Shown in pieces: positions 1-12,602 of a DNA stretch of 51,335 bases (position 1 is the stretch's first letter; the number at the start of each line of letters is the position of its first letter). The position numbers were made by a program, and so were the translations under genes. The notes under the pieces are model-generated. The model was not told the origin of the DNA. It saw only the letters and a list, made by a program, of their open reading frames with translations, and ran no database searches. Source of the DNA: Basidiobolus meristosporus CBS 931.73 (lineage: Eukaryota > Fungi > Basidiobolomycota); contig MCFE01000632.1 of the NCBI GenBank assembly GCA_002104905.1, forward strand, positions 1 through 51,335. The letters are read 5' to 3'.

Positions 1-1299
1 AAAGTTGTGGCACTACATACACACATATATGTAAAACCATTTCCCCTTTGGTTTGACTCACTTCCATATATATGCCACCAAAAAATAAAGCAAAATTTTC
101 TGGTTCACAACCAAACCATACTGTTGACAGCAGCAGAATAATAGTTAGACAACAGCTTGCATTGACATCCAGTGCAACAAGCAGGGCTACAACCAAATAA
201 GGCCCTGTGGGCTGTATGCCCACTGAAGGTAATAATGCAGATTTCTCAGGCTCTCAGTTAAGTAGGCAATTGGCAATCTCAGTGGTGTGGTGGTGTAGAG
301 ATACTTCTGGGAGAAGCTACACAACTCAAGGTATGTGAGGTGTCTGATGGGTGCAATAACCTCTGTGTCTAAACTGCTGGTGTCTTTGTCAATATATCAC
401 TATAGTAAAAGTTCCTGCTTCTCTAGCTTCCTAGGTGCTCCAAGTGTATCCAAAGGCCTCTGTGTGTCTTGTGCACTACCCTGATAAGCTCCTTGATGGC
501 AGGTCTGAGATGTACTGTTGAAGGCAGGTGCAGTGATCAACTGCTAATCAATAAGGTAGAAGTGTTACTGATAGAAGGGATCATTTATTGATGAGGGATT
601 GCTTTCCCTTAAATACTTTTCCTGATTGCCAAGTGATTACTAATGACAAGGCTCTAGAAGATTCTAGGTATCAGTGGAATTCTTGATGACATCACTATGA
701 GCCAAAAATATGCCAAGAATGTCCTGGAAGGTTTTAAAGGGCACAGCATATTCAACCAATCAGGAATCAGTAGTCTGAAACCTGTGCAACATAGAAATAC
801 CATATATGGTATTGAAATGGTAGGGAAGGTAACACAGACCTAGGTCATATGTTACGGGTACTGACGCGGGTACTTGCCTTATGTAGATACATATACTGAT
901 CACAAAGCTGAATAACATCTGGGATAACTAATTCTAATAACTAATCAGGGTAAACATCATATGGGGATAATACTGATATTATGGGCAAAAGAAGAATGGG
1001 ATAATACTGATCAGATAAAATATGAATAAGTATATCATAATGACTATAAGAATAAACTTGTCTGTGGGAAGTATGTTTACCCTACTACAGCGGAGCCTCA
1101 AACTGACCATAATACTGATGCAGTAGAGAATATAGTAAAAGCAGTATATTTAGTTGAAGACCAGCAAGTGGCTGTCACAACATTGCCACAACCAATATTA
1201 GCAAGTATGTGTCATCTCATACCAAAGTGTTAATGAGGCAATTAGGTGCAGTGGCTGAGGGGATACATGCAAAGACCCAGAGAAATCAGGTAAGAGTTC
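1..1299 (-). mobile_element. Degenerate CACTA-like element copy Y0, internal part. Interrupted by solo LTR 286-1089 and by Y1; resumes at 17391-17540 and ~21595-21847
   Basis: 1-285 and 1090-1299 are diverged reverse complements of Y1 ~13976-14272 and ~3270-3466. Sequence after 17390 continues the same alignment (rc of ~3130-3270). Confidence 0.8.
286..1089 (-). mobile_element. Solo LTR, family A (804 bp)
   Basis: Full-length reverse complement of LTR 4050-4853 with TG...CA ends. Flanks GTGG (282-285) and GCGG (1090-1093) form a 4-bp TSD with one CpG transition. Confidence 0.93.
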
Positions 1300-1629
1300 C
1301 CCTATGAAAATTTATTGCAATGATCCCGTCAAAAGGCTGTCACAAAGTTAAAGCCCCATGACTAAGAGGTACTGATCCCATCAGGGCACCATCCAGAGAC
1401 CGTTGAACAATAATTGCACCCCAGATTTCACAAAAAACTTGGTCAAAATGTTTCATCACAACAATATATAAGTGGCTTTTGATTGGTTCCCTGCCAATTT
1501 GCTCACTTTCTGATCCTGGATACTCTATCACCTCCTATGTTTGTGTGCATTGATTGGCTATTGCCTCTTTTCACACTCCTTACTTCCTGACTCAACAGTT
1601 TCACTAACTTTTCATGCATACAAATTGAT

Positions 1630-3207
1630 TTATTTCCATTGAAACTTCAGTTGAACCTCAATTGCCAATTGTATTGACCTATACAAGTCCCTATACCCTA
1701 CATTAACATTAGGCCTAACCCCACACTGAACAAGTAACTCCACCAAAATCCACCACTCAACAAGTATTTCTGCTGTAATGCTCTGGTTCCACAACTTTGG
1801 CAAGAACCCAACTGCTTTATGCCACTGTTCATTCACTGATTCCCATACATCCTGGTCTTCAGCCAGCACTGCAAGGTCTAGAACCTCATCTGCCAGTCTT
1901 TGCAATAAATACTTGCAATATTCAAGTGCATTTTCTTGAGCACTGCGCTTAAAGAAGTGCTGCAACCCCTTGGTGTGCACATTTATGTTACAAAATTTCA
2001 CTGAAGGCATTGTGATAGTGTTTCAAGTTCTTGATGTTGTAGCCTTGTCTGTCAGTAGGATCTCCACTCTGTCAACAATGGAAGATGTGGAGGCTGTGGT
2101 AGACAAATTGCCCTTTTCTACAAACTCATCTACCTTGCTGGAGTGTAACTCTACAGCCTGCACTTCCTACTCTTGCAAAAACAGCTGTTTTCTTGGTAAT
2201 TTTTTTGGCTATAAAGGGATTCAGTCTGTTCCAGGCTTGCAGCATTAATTGACATGAACTGCAGTATTTTTTACATGCCTCCCTATCTCAGGCTTGGGTG
2301 GACACTTTTCCCTTTACCTTTTCCTTTATCACTGCCAGGTCTTTCACTGCTACTTTGTCTGAGTGCTTCTTGTAATGAACTACATTTTCTCCTTGATAAA
2401 TTCTGCTCTGACGCATCTGTTTTGGCCTGCTTATCCCTTACAGGCACTCTCCTGGCTACCTGATGTTTTTTCTGCTTGTTTTGAGCTCTCAACTGTAGTT
2501 GTGACAGGCTCCTGTCAAAGCTGTTGGTATTTATCACTCCAAGGTCCTTCACTGCTACTTTGACTGAGTGCCTCTTGAGTGGTACAACATTGTTTCTGTG
2601 ATAAATGTTATGCTGGTGCATCTGTGTCCACCTGTCTGTCCCTAATTTGCACTCTTCCAGCTACCTGATGTCTCTTTGACCCTTGTCTGGAGCCTTTGGC
2701 CCTGCTTGTAACAGGCCCTTCAGGAAGCTGCTGGTTTTTAGCAATAGCACCCTTGTTCTTTTGCCTTTGATAGTTTTAGCTATTCTGAAGATACTTTTTT
2801 GGCCTACCAATGCTGGCCCAAAATCTGTTTGCCTGATTGAGTCCAGGATAACGCACATGGAATAAGTCAGGTGCATTCTGCTTGGCCTTGAGTTCCTGAT
2901 GGTCCCATGGTATTCCAGCCTTAAGGAGATGGCATGCTAGACTTCTGATGGCCTTTTGAATATTAGCCCACTCTTCATTATTGCACTCAACAGCTTCACA
3001 GATCTTCAATGTCTTCTGATTATGAGGCTTTGGTATTAACATTGCATTGTCTCCCTCCCATGCTGTGATAGGTTTTTCTGTGGGCTTTATCTTTGGGCAC
3101 TGTTGTTGTGCTTCAAGGACTGTATAGTGTTCCTTAGCTGTTAAATTGGGAAGCAGCTCAATTCTTAGCTGTGACATTGAGCTGCTTGAGTTCCTTCTTT
3201 GCAGCAA
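1630..3207 (-). pseudogene. Second (accessory) ORF of the CACTA-like element, unknown function, fragmented
   Basis: ORF pieces 1630-2010, 2283-2621 and 2776-3207. Paralogous pieces at 42462-43103 and 21542-21862 share peptides (e.g. LQRLADEV, WHKAVGFLPK, KRHSVKVAV). Confidence 0.6.
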
Positions 3208-4857
3208 AGATACTGCCTTCTCTACCTGGGATATTGATTGCTCTATACCTATTATCCGCTCATCCTGTTTCTAGACTATTTCCTGATTTCTCTTGGCCAT
3301 TGCATCTATCCTATCAGCCACTGCACCTAATTGCTTCATTAATGTTTTGGTATGAGCTGACAACATACTTGCTAATATGGGTTGTGATGATGTTATGATG
3401 GCTACTTGCTAGTCTTCAACTGAGGGTACTGCATTTGCTACATTCTCATCTGCCTGAGGATTACAGTGTGGTGGTGTATAAGTCCAAGGGAGAGATACAT
3501 CCAACACTTCTTAAGTGTTTTGTGTGTGGGGTGTCCACTGGGTGCAATAATCTCTGGCAAAAGCTTGCTAGGAATACTTGGGTTCTGTCTCTAACTCAAT
3601 GTGATCGGGAATAAAGCCACAAGCTTGTCAAGAGAAAACTATTGAGCTACAATCCCCAACTTTGTTGCCATCTTAACAAAAGTATGTGCTGGGTTCAGCA
3701 TCTTTTTAGATGACAATGTACCAAAGCTTCCAAAGTCAAAACAATTGTGAACTCCACCATCAGGGACTTGATAAGAATGCAGCTTTGGTCAACAGTTACA
3801 AAGACAGAAGAGTATCTTTGCCTGTACAAGGACAAACTTGGGAAAGAATCAATTATTACAAAAGATACCTACTCTGAGTATTCCTCTCAAGTGGTGCCTC
3901 CAAGGTCAGTTGGTATATTGATAAAAGGGCTGCTGATTTATTGTTGAGCAAGTGCCTCCCTTATATACTTTTCTCACTGGCTAAGCAATTACTAATCATG
4001 GTGTTCTTGTTATGAATAGACACAAGGCAGGAGGAAAAGCTAGGCACGGTGTGGTAGGGTAAACATACCTCCCACAGACAAGTTTATTCATATAGTCATT
4101 ATGATATACTTATCCATATTTTATCTTATCAGTATTATCCCATTCTTCTTTTGCCCATATTATCAGTATTATCCCCATATGATGTTTACCCTGATTAGTT
4201 ATTAGCATTAGTTATCCCAGATGTTATTCAGCTTTGTGATCAGTAGATGTATCTATATAAGGCAAGTACCCGCGTCAGTACCCGTGACACATGACCTAGG
4301 TCTGTGTTACCATCTCTACCATTTCAATACCATATATGGTATTTCTATGTTGCACAGGTTTCAGACTACTGATTCCTGATTGGTTGAGAGTGCTGTGCCT
4401 TTTAGAACCTTCCAGGACATTCTTGGCATATTTTTAGCTCATAGTGATGTCATCAAGAATTCCACTGATACCTAGAATCTTCTAGAACCTTGTCATTAGT
4501 AATCACTTGGCAATCAGGAAAAGTATTTAAGGGAAAGCAATCCCTCATCAATAAATGATCCCTTCTATCAGTAACACTTCTACCTTATTGATTAGCAGTT
4601 GATCACTGCACCTGCCTTCAACAGTACATCTCAGACCTGCCATCAAGGAGCTTTTCAGGGTAGTGCACAAGACACACAGAGGCCTTTGGAGACACTTGGA
4701 GCACCTAGGAAGCTAGAGAAGCAGGAGCTTTTACCATAGAGACATACTGACAAAGACACCAGCAGTTTAGACCCAGAGGTTATTGCACCCATCAGACACC
4801 TCACACACTTTGAGTTGTGTAGCTTCTCCCAGGAGTACCTCTACACCACCACATATT

Positions 4858-4874
4858 TGGCACCCAACGTGGGG
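4858..4874 (+). other. Primer-binding site of element A, tRNA-Lys(CUU)-type
   Basis: TGGCACCCAACGTGGGG, 4 nt after the 5' LTR. One CpG>CpA change from TGGCGCCCAACGTGGGG, the complement of the 3' end of the common eukaryotic tRNA-Lys(CUU). Confidence 0.8.
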
Positions 4875-4927
4875 GGTTTGACTGAACTGCCCCTAGAAGA
4901 CTTAAGAAAGAACAAATTATCAAGACC

Positions 4928-6784
4928 ATGGATCTACCTTTACCAGGAATGCAAGGAACTCCTTTCTTTGATGGAACCAAAGTTAAAGCTTTCATCAAGA
5001 GGTGGGAGCTTTTCTGCAGAGCCCACAAAATACCTGAGGCCATTATGGCTGAAGAGATGCCCCCCTACAGCACTGATGAGATCATGCTCTCATTATATGA
5101 AAGAAATGATCTGCTGACAAATTGGACCCTCTTGAAGAGCTACTTGATTGATGAATATGGAGAGAGACAAGTTGACTACACACTTCAAGACTTGGAGAAC
5201 TTTGCTTATAGCAAGTTTAAGCAGCTACCATTGAAAGAATACTTGAGTGGCCTTGAGCAAATTGGAGAGTCACTGAAAGCCCAAGGCATTATCACTGATC
5301 TGACTTTATCTGCCTATCTGCTCAGAGCACTACCAGAAGGCCTGGTGAGAAGGATTGAAAACAATCCTACTGTGAAAGCTATGAGTTCACTGCCTGCATT
5401 TCAGTTAGCTAAGCAGATTCTACTTGCCCCTGAAGAAACCTCACCAATCAGAAAGCTTCTTTCAAGCCCAGAACAAAACCAAGATAGCCAAGACATACTT
5501 AATCCCAGCAATCAAAGCACTCAGATTCAGGAGCTGACACAGCAACTAGAGAAACTCTCTTTGCTACTTGCCAGCAAAGCATATGGTCAGAAGCCAGTAG
5601 CAAAAGAAGTCAAATATACATGCATGTGGTGTGACTCTGCCAACCATTCCAAGAGAAATTGCCAAGAGCTTCAGTCATTACTATCCACAGGTGATGTCCT
5701 ATATAGTCCTCAGGGATACATAGTCAGTAAGCATGGTGACAAATTATCCACAGCATTTGGACAAGGAGGAATGAGAGTTCACTACAAGCAAGTCACCTCT
5801 CATACAAGAAAGGTTCACCTCCGTGGAGAAGAAGATCTTGGCTACTTTGATCCAGCTGAAGTTCTGAACTTTGACTATGAGGACCCCAGAGAGGCCCAAG
5901 ATCATATAGCTTCAGTTTATGCTTCAAAGAGACACCATTCTGAAAAAATGGCTAATCCAGGCCCACCAACAAAAGTACCAAGATGTGAGCCAGAAGTTGT
6001 GATTGAGAAGAAAGCATCACCCCCATTAATTTTACAAGAGTCTACCAAGGCCAACAACTACCACATGCAGCCTAGAGTAAAGTAAAATGGTACCCCAGAG
6101 GCTCTGAGAAGTCATATACTAGGAAGCAACATATCAATCAAGGTTGGAGAGCTACTCAGTGTATCACCATCTGTAAGAAAGACTCTGGATGAGCATATCA
6201 GAATAAGAAAGCATCCAATTGAATCAACTCAAGGCAACCAGGTCAGGACAGTTCAAGGAAGCCAAAATATCAGTAAGCTGCATCAAAGCCAGAAACACTA
6301 CTACTCAGTGGCAACTGCAACAACTACAGGAACTGTGCATAATCAAGAAATCCTATGTCATATAGACAGTGGATCTGAGATATGTATGATGCCTTTGGAG
6401 GCTTGGAAACAACTACCATGCAAAGACTTATTGCCCATAGACACCAATATCAATTGGAGCATGAAGGATGCCTACTCAGGGCAATCAAAGCTTTTAGGAA
6501 TTATTCACAGCTTCCCTCTCATCATTGAAGGAATACCCCATGAGATCCCAGTATTCATATATGCAAAGGCTAACTTTGAATTACTTCTCGGAAGACCATG
6601 GGAGGTAAAAGCAAGAGCAACTGCAGTGAACTACCCAGATGGTTCAGCATGGTATACTATATACTCAGAGAGCCCAGGACTAACAGCAACCTTCTGTGGT
6701 GTGGACTCAAACAATATCCGATCAATGACATCATGTAGATTTCTATCTCAAGAAAGGACAGGTGGCTTCATTGAGGAAGACTGA
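4928..6784 (+). pseudogene. gag: Gag (CCHC knuckle), DUF4100-like linker and aspartic protease ORF with one in-frame TAA at 6083-6085
   Basis: ORFs 4928-6085 and 6308-6784 are in the same frame. Motifs: CMWCDSANHSKRNC, VGELLSVSPSVR, HIDSGSEIC. The DUF4100 resemblance is recognised by eye only. Confidence 0.82.
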
Positions 6785-6848
6785 GAGAGCACTTTGTTCT
6801 CCAAACTTACAGTGGTTAGCTAAAAAGTTCCCTGAAACTTTTTAGCTC

Positions 6849-6862
6849 AAGTGGGGGGTGGA
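6849..6862 (+). other. Polypurine tract of element A
   Basis: AAGTGGGGGGTGGA immediately before the 3' LTR. Confidence 0.8.
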
Positions 6863-8149
6863 TGTGGTAGGGTAAACATATCTCCCACAGACAAGTTTAT
6901 TCATATAGTCATTATGATATACTTATCCATATTTTATCTTATCAGTATTATCCCATTCTTCTTTTGCCCATATTATCAGTATTATCCCCATATGATGTTT
7001 ACCCTGATTAGTTATTAGCATTAGTTATCCCAGAGGTTATTCAGCTTTGTGATCAGTAGATGTATCTATATAAGGCAAGTACCCGCGTCAGTACCCGTGA
7101 CACATGACCTAGGTCTGTGTTACCATCTCTACCATTTCGATACCATATATGGTATTTCTATGTTGCACAGGTTTCAGACTACTGATTCCTGATTGGTTGA
7201 GAGTGCTGTGCCTTTTAGAACCTTCCAGGACATTCTTGGCATATTTTTAGCTCATAGTGATGTCATCAAGAATTCCACTGATACCTAGAATCTTCTAGAA
7301 CCTTGTCATTAGTAATCACTTGGCAATCAGGAAAAGTATTTAAGGGAAAGCAATCCCTCATCAATAAATGATCCCTTCTATCAGTAACACTTCTACCTTA
7401 TTGATTAGCAGTTGATCACTGCACCTGCCTTCAACAGTACATCTCAGACCTGCCATCAAGGAGCTTTTCAGGGTAGTGCACAAGACACACAGAGGCCTTT
7501 GGAGACACTTGGAGCACCTAGGAAGCTAGAGAAGCAGGAGCTTTTACCATAGAGACATACTGACAAAGACACCAGCAGTTTAGACCCAGAGGTTATTGCA
7601 CCCATCAGACACCTCACACACCTTGAGTTGTGTAGCTTCTCCCAGGAGTACCTCTACACCACCACAACGGCAGGAAAGGACTTAGGTGTGGACCATCAAG
7701 GCAAGGCAGGATTCAAGGCAAGGCTGTTTATTCAAGACCTGTGTTTATCAGACTGAGGAATACTTAAGGGGGGATAGGACTCTATATACTTTTTGGCTAT
7801 ACTGATGCCAAGAGATATTAGCTAATACTAATGGGGTTGTGGGGTGAGGCACAGCAATGGTGCCGGGGATAATGACATAGATGACACGGCACTGAGACAG
7901 GATGGGGAAATGGATTGGGTCACCTGATCATGTGACTAAGTCATGTGACCTGGTATTTCCATATATAGTACTGGACTATAAAAAATACGATGGAAAGCTT
8001 CCATGGAATGTTCCATTGTGTAACAATGGTTTGGAATGGTCAGAAACTTTCTGGAAGGTGGTAGAAGGTTCCGGAAGGAATCTCTTAGAAATTGAGCTGG
8101 GAAGCTGAAACTTGGCATGGGTGTTCATGGTTGTCATGTGATCATGACA

Positions 8150-11100
8150 CTATTCTCCTCTTCCAGGCAGAGCTCTGTTTCCCTTTGGGGCAGGTTTTGC
8201 AGGATATTGTTGGTGGAACTGGGTAACTAGTTCTTGACAATTAGTGAGATGTGTAGCTGGTTCCCATGTTTGGTCACTTGGGCCATAACCAATCCAGTCT
8301 ACTAAGTAGTACAGCTTTGACCAGATATACTTGGAGTCTAGAATCTGTTTAACTTCAAATTCTTGATGTTGGTCAACCTGGATAGCTTGGGGCTTTGCTT
8401 CTTGCCGGTTTGGCAATGTGTTCCTATAATACGGCTCCAGGAGGGACACATGGAAAGTATCATGGATTTTCGTACTTGCTGGTAACTGTAGCTGATATAC
8501 TATAGGGCTAAGCTTCTTCTTGATCTTGAAGGGACCAAGTTTCTTGAAATCCAACTTGTCACAAGGGCGGTTGGTGCTGATGTTTCTTCTGAGCAACCAT
8601 ACAGAATCTCCTTCATTAAGATCAGGGCTGGGATGCCGTTTTAGATTGGCAAATTTCTTGTAGCTTTCCTGAGCTAAGGATAGCTCTTCCTTGAGGGTGC
8701 TCTGGATGTCCTGGATTGCTTGGGCATGTTCAGCCGCATGTGGGCTCATTGGGTTTGTTGGAATCTGGATATCAAACTGAGGGTGGAATCCATAGTTTGC
8801 ATAGAATGGTGTAAAACCGGTTGCACTATGACTTGAGTTGTTGTAGGCAAACTCAGCAACAGGGAGTAGGTCAACCCAACTGTCTTGCTGGTAATTGATA
8901 TAGCACCGGAGGTATTGCTCCAGAATCTGGTTGATTCATTCAGTCTGGCCATCAGACTGTGGATGGAAGGCAGTAGAGAGCTTGACTTGAACACCAAGGT
9001 ATTGCATGAAGTGTTTCCAAAACTTGGACACAAACTGTGGGCCTCTATCTGACACAATATCACTGGGGATACCATGAAGGCGGAAAATATTCTTCAGGAC
9101 TAAAGCAGCAGTTTCTTTTGTATCAGTGTTCTTACAGCAAGGGATGAAGTGAGCCATCTTGGTCAGCCGGTCAGCCACTACAAGTATAGCATTGAAGCCA
9201 CATGACTCATGGAGGTCAGTAATGAAGTCCATAGATATAGATCTCCATTGGTGTTCTGGGATAGGCAGGGGTTGAGGAAGTCCATAGGGCTGGTGTCTGG
9301 CTGGTTTTGCACGGTTGCAAATATCACAAGTCAGAATGTACTCTTTGATAAGAGTTATCATTCTAGGCCACCAGAAATCTCTTTTGATAGCATTCAAGGT
9401 TTTGGCAGTACCAAAGTGGCCTGCAGCCATTGAATCATGCCAAGACTTAATGATGTCTAGCTGGGTGGCAAGGTCTGGGACATAAAGCTGCTGCTTGTGG
9501 TAGATGAGGTTGTTTACCAAATGCAGGTTCTGGATGTTTGGGAACTTGGGAGGGGGCCCAACTGGGGATTCCAGATATTTCTTGATGGTGCTGGAAGTCA
9601 TATCAGAGGCTTGGGGTTCTGATATCCTTACTAGGAATGAAGGGATGACAAGACTTGAGGACTGGGTGGCAAGAACCTCAAAATGTATCTTGCTCAGCAA
9701 TGGGTGTTCCATTTGCTGACAGGCATCATCTCCCTCTTCCAGGGCATATTCCTTTTTTCTGGACAGGGCATCAGGCTTTCCTTGCTTTGCACCAGGTCTA
9801 TAGGTGATAGTAAAGTCAAAGCTGGACAGGAAGAGTGACCATCTGGCTTGTCTCCGGTTTAGTACTTTGGAAGTTGCAAAGTACTCAAGGTTCTTATGGT
9901 CACAGAAGACTTTGATTTTGTGTTTTGCACCGTCCAGGTAGTGTCTCCATTGCTCAAAGTCTACAATGATGGCAAGCAACTCCTTATCATAGATATCATA
10001 GTTGATCTCTGCAGGGGAAAACTTCTGAGAGTAGAATGCAATGGGGTGCAACACATTGTCCTCATCATACTGGGAGAGTATGGCACCAAGGGCAAAATCC
10101 AAAGCGTCAGTCTCCACCATGAATTGCTTCTCAAGGTCAGGGTGGGCAAGCAGGGGGGCCTTCAGGAAAGATTTCTTGAGTTGGTTGAATGAGCTGGATT
10201 GCTCCTCATTCCAGGCAAAAGGTGTGCTCTTCTGGGTAAGCTTTGTCAGAGGGGTGACTATCTTGGAGTAGTTGGCTATGAACCTGCGATAGAAGTTGGC
10301 AAATCCCAGGAAGGATTGTACTTCCTTGACTGAGCTTGGAGTTTTCCAGGATTGGACTGAATCAACTTTCTATGGGTCCATTCTTGTTCCCTCAGGGCTG
10401 ATGAGATAACCAAGAAATTCCACTTCTCTCTGGTCAAATTCATACTTCTCTAGCTTGGCATAGAGACCGGCAGAGTCTAGTTTTCTCAATACTTTCTTGA
10501 CATGTTCATCATGTTCATCTTGGCTCTTGGAGTATATGAGAATATCATAAAGGTAGATTACCACAAACTGGTCAAGGTATTCACGGAAAATGTCATTCAT
10601 GAGGTGTTGAAACACAGCAGGGGCATTGGTGAGGCCAAATGGCATTACTTTGTTTTCAAAGTGACCATATCTTGTGCGAAAGGCAGTTTTCCATTCATCA
10701 CCGGGCTTGATTCTGACAAGATTGTAAGCTCCTCTCAAGTCAATCTCGGTGAAGACTTGGGCAGCAGATAGCTGATCCAACAGTGTGTTGATCAGGGGCA
10801 GGGGGTAGCGGTTCTTGACTGTGATCTTATTCAAAGCACGGTAGTCCACACACATTCTGAGTGTGCCATCCTTCTTCTTGACAAAGAGGATTGGGGCTCC
10901 AGCAGGTGATTTGGAGTGCTGATTAAACCCTTCTGGAGGTTTTCTTCAATATAACCATGGAGTTCTTTCAACTCCGGCTGGGAGAGGTTATATATTGGGC
11001 CAAATGGAGGGACTTTTCCATCTTCAAGGTCAATAGGGCAGTCATAAGGTCGATGGTCAGGGAGGAGTTCTGCTTTCTTCTTGTCAAAGACATGGGCAAA

Positions 11101-11697
11101 CTCTTGGTACTTGGCTGGTATGTTTGCTGGGGGGGCTCCTTCAGCTGGCAAGGTATCTTGGGCTGTTGAACTGTTGGCAACAGTCTTTTCACAGTTATCA
11201 GGGTCTGGAGATTTCATGGAGTTGACTTGGTGGGATCTGGTGAATGACAGGATTTTGAATTTCCAATCAATACTTGGATTGTGGTAAATCAGCCATGAGC
11301 TTCCAAGCACAATAGGATAGTGTGGTGAGTTGATGATGTTGAAGGCAATTCTTTCTTGGTGGGCAGTACTGGACAGCTGGAGTAAGCATGTTTCATGGGT
11401 AACGGCACCAGAGGAGAGTGATCTTCCATCAATAACTTCTACTTGGACTGGACAGGATTTCAAGGTAACAGGAATAGAGTGCTTCTGGACAAAGGCTTGG
11501 TCAATGAAACAGGATGAAGCACCGGAATCAATCAGGGCTAGGGCTGGGACAGGACCGGAGTCAGGGATCTGGATTTTGACAGGCATTCTCAAGGACTGGA
11601 TAGATTTTGTGGCAAAGGAAGATTCTTGGATATGCTGGATTTTCATGGGTGGGTCCAGTTGCAAGCCTGTCAGTGCAACTGGACATTGAAGTTTCCC
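8150..11697 (-). pseudogene. pol: B1 pol (PR-RT-RNase H-integrase-chromodomain), with frameshifts and stops
   Basis: Motifs LIDSGAS, RT YLYD (YLDD in copy 2), [24 protein letters not shown] and chromodomain FEVKQILDS...YLVDWIGY...TWEP, split over several ORFs. Confidence 0.95.
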
Positions 11698-12602
11698 AAC
11701 AGATCTGGATCAGGTTGGTTGCTGGAGGACTGCATCAGCTTGAAGCTGGACTTCTTGTTGGGGCAGGACTTGGCAAAGTGACCTGGTTGGCCACAGTATA
11801 GACAGAGGTTGGCTTGTTGACGTCTGGACTTTTCACTCTTTGATAGTTTCTTGTATTTGGCACTATCAATCTGCATAGGATCTTCTGGAGTGACTTGGGG
11901 AGCAGGAGGGGCTGGGACTGCAACAGGAATATGTCTTTGACGGTTCTTTTGCTTCTTCTGGAATAGTCTGTTATCACACCGGATTGCTTGGTGCATAGCT
12001 TCAACCAATGTATATGGATCTGGGAGTGTGAGTAGCAGATCACAAACTTCATCATTGAGGCCATCTTGGAATTGGCTAATCAAGGCTGCTTGACCCCAGG
12101 AGCTGAGGTCACTGGAGAGTTGTCGGAATTCTGAGGCATAGACTGATGCTGGTTTGTTCCCTTGCTTGAGGGTCTTGATCTTGTTGGCAGCAGTTCTGGC
12201 TTGGTCAAGGTTACCAAATGTTAGCTCCATTTCAGTGAGGAAAGCTTGGTAGTCTCTGAGGAGGGGAGAGTTGGTCTCCACTAATGGGGAGAACCACTTG
12301 AGAGCTGTACCAGTAAGCAGGTTGGAGATGAAACCAACTTTGGCCTGGTCAGTGGGGTACCGGTTGGGCTGGAGTGCAAGATTGTTCTTCACCATGTTGA
12401 TGAAACCACGGAATTCATTCTGAGAGCCATTGAACTTGGTAGCAGGAGTATACTTGGGTTCTTGGTAGACTGGGACATGGCTAGTTTGCTGGACACTTTG
12501 GTTCTGGAACTGAGCAAGAGTGTATCTGAGGTCTGCATAGTCTTGCTGCAGTTGGGTAAAGGCAGCCATGAGCTGGGCAAAGTTCAGCTCTAGGTTGGAC
12601 AT
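11670..12602 (-). CDS. gag: B1 Gag, intact, 310 aa
   Basis: ATG in CTACCATG context. Retrotransposon gag core (KFNG...LLTGTALKW) and CLYCGQPGHFAKSC zinc knuckle. Confidence 0.92.
   Translation of the reverse strand: MSNLELNFAQLMAAFTQLQQDYADLRYTLAQFQNQSVQQTSHVPVYQEPKYTPATKFNGSQNEFRGFINMVKNNLALQPNRYPTDQAKVGFISNLLTGTALKWFSPLVETNSPLLRDYQAFLTEMELTFGNLDQARTAANKIKTLKQGNKPASVYASEFRQLSSDLSSWGQAALISQFQDGLNDEVCDLLLTLPDPYTLVEAMHQAIRCDNRLFQKKQKNRQRHIPVAVPAPPAPQVTPEDPMQIDSAKYKKLSKSEKSRRQQANLCLYCGQPGHFAKSCPNKKSSFKLMQSSSNQPDPDLLGNFNVQLH
11691..11697 (-). promoter_or_regulatory. -1 ribosomal frameshift heptamer G GGA AAC (B1)
   Basis: Lies in gag frame near the gag end; pol is in the -1 frame; followed by an 11-bp stem. 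Confidence 0.8.

Larger units (their letters stand above)
4050..7666 (+). mobile_element. Non-autonomous LTR element A (gag-protease only) nested in the B1 3' LTR
   Basis: 804-bp LTRs 4050-4853 and 6863-7666; I found about 4 substitutions by eye. Exact 4-bp TSD ACGG (4046-4049, 7667-7670). PBS and PPT present; no RT or integrase. Confidence 0.95.

Noticed and set aside
6083-6085. Programmed readthrough of the TAA in element A
   Set aside because: No recognisable readthrough context; a CAA>TAA transition is simpler. Other copies would settle it.
7902-8118. Short ORFs inside LTR B (also 13282-13521, 12926-13147) and many antisense ORFs over pol
   Set aside because: Shadow frames recurring only because the repeats are near-identical; no recognisable domains.
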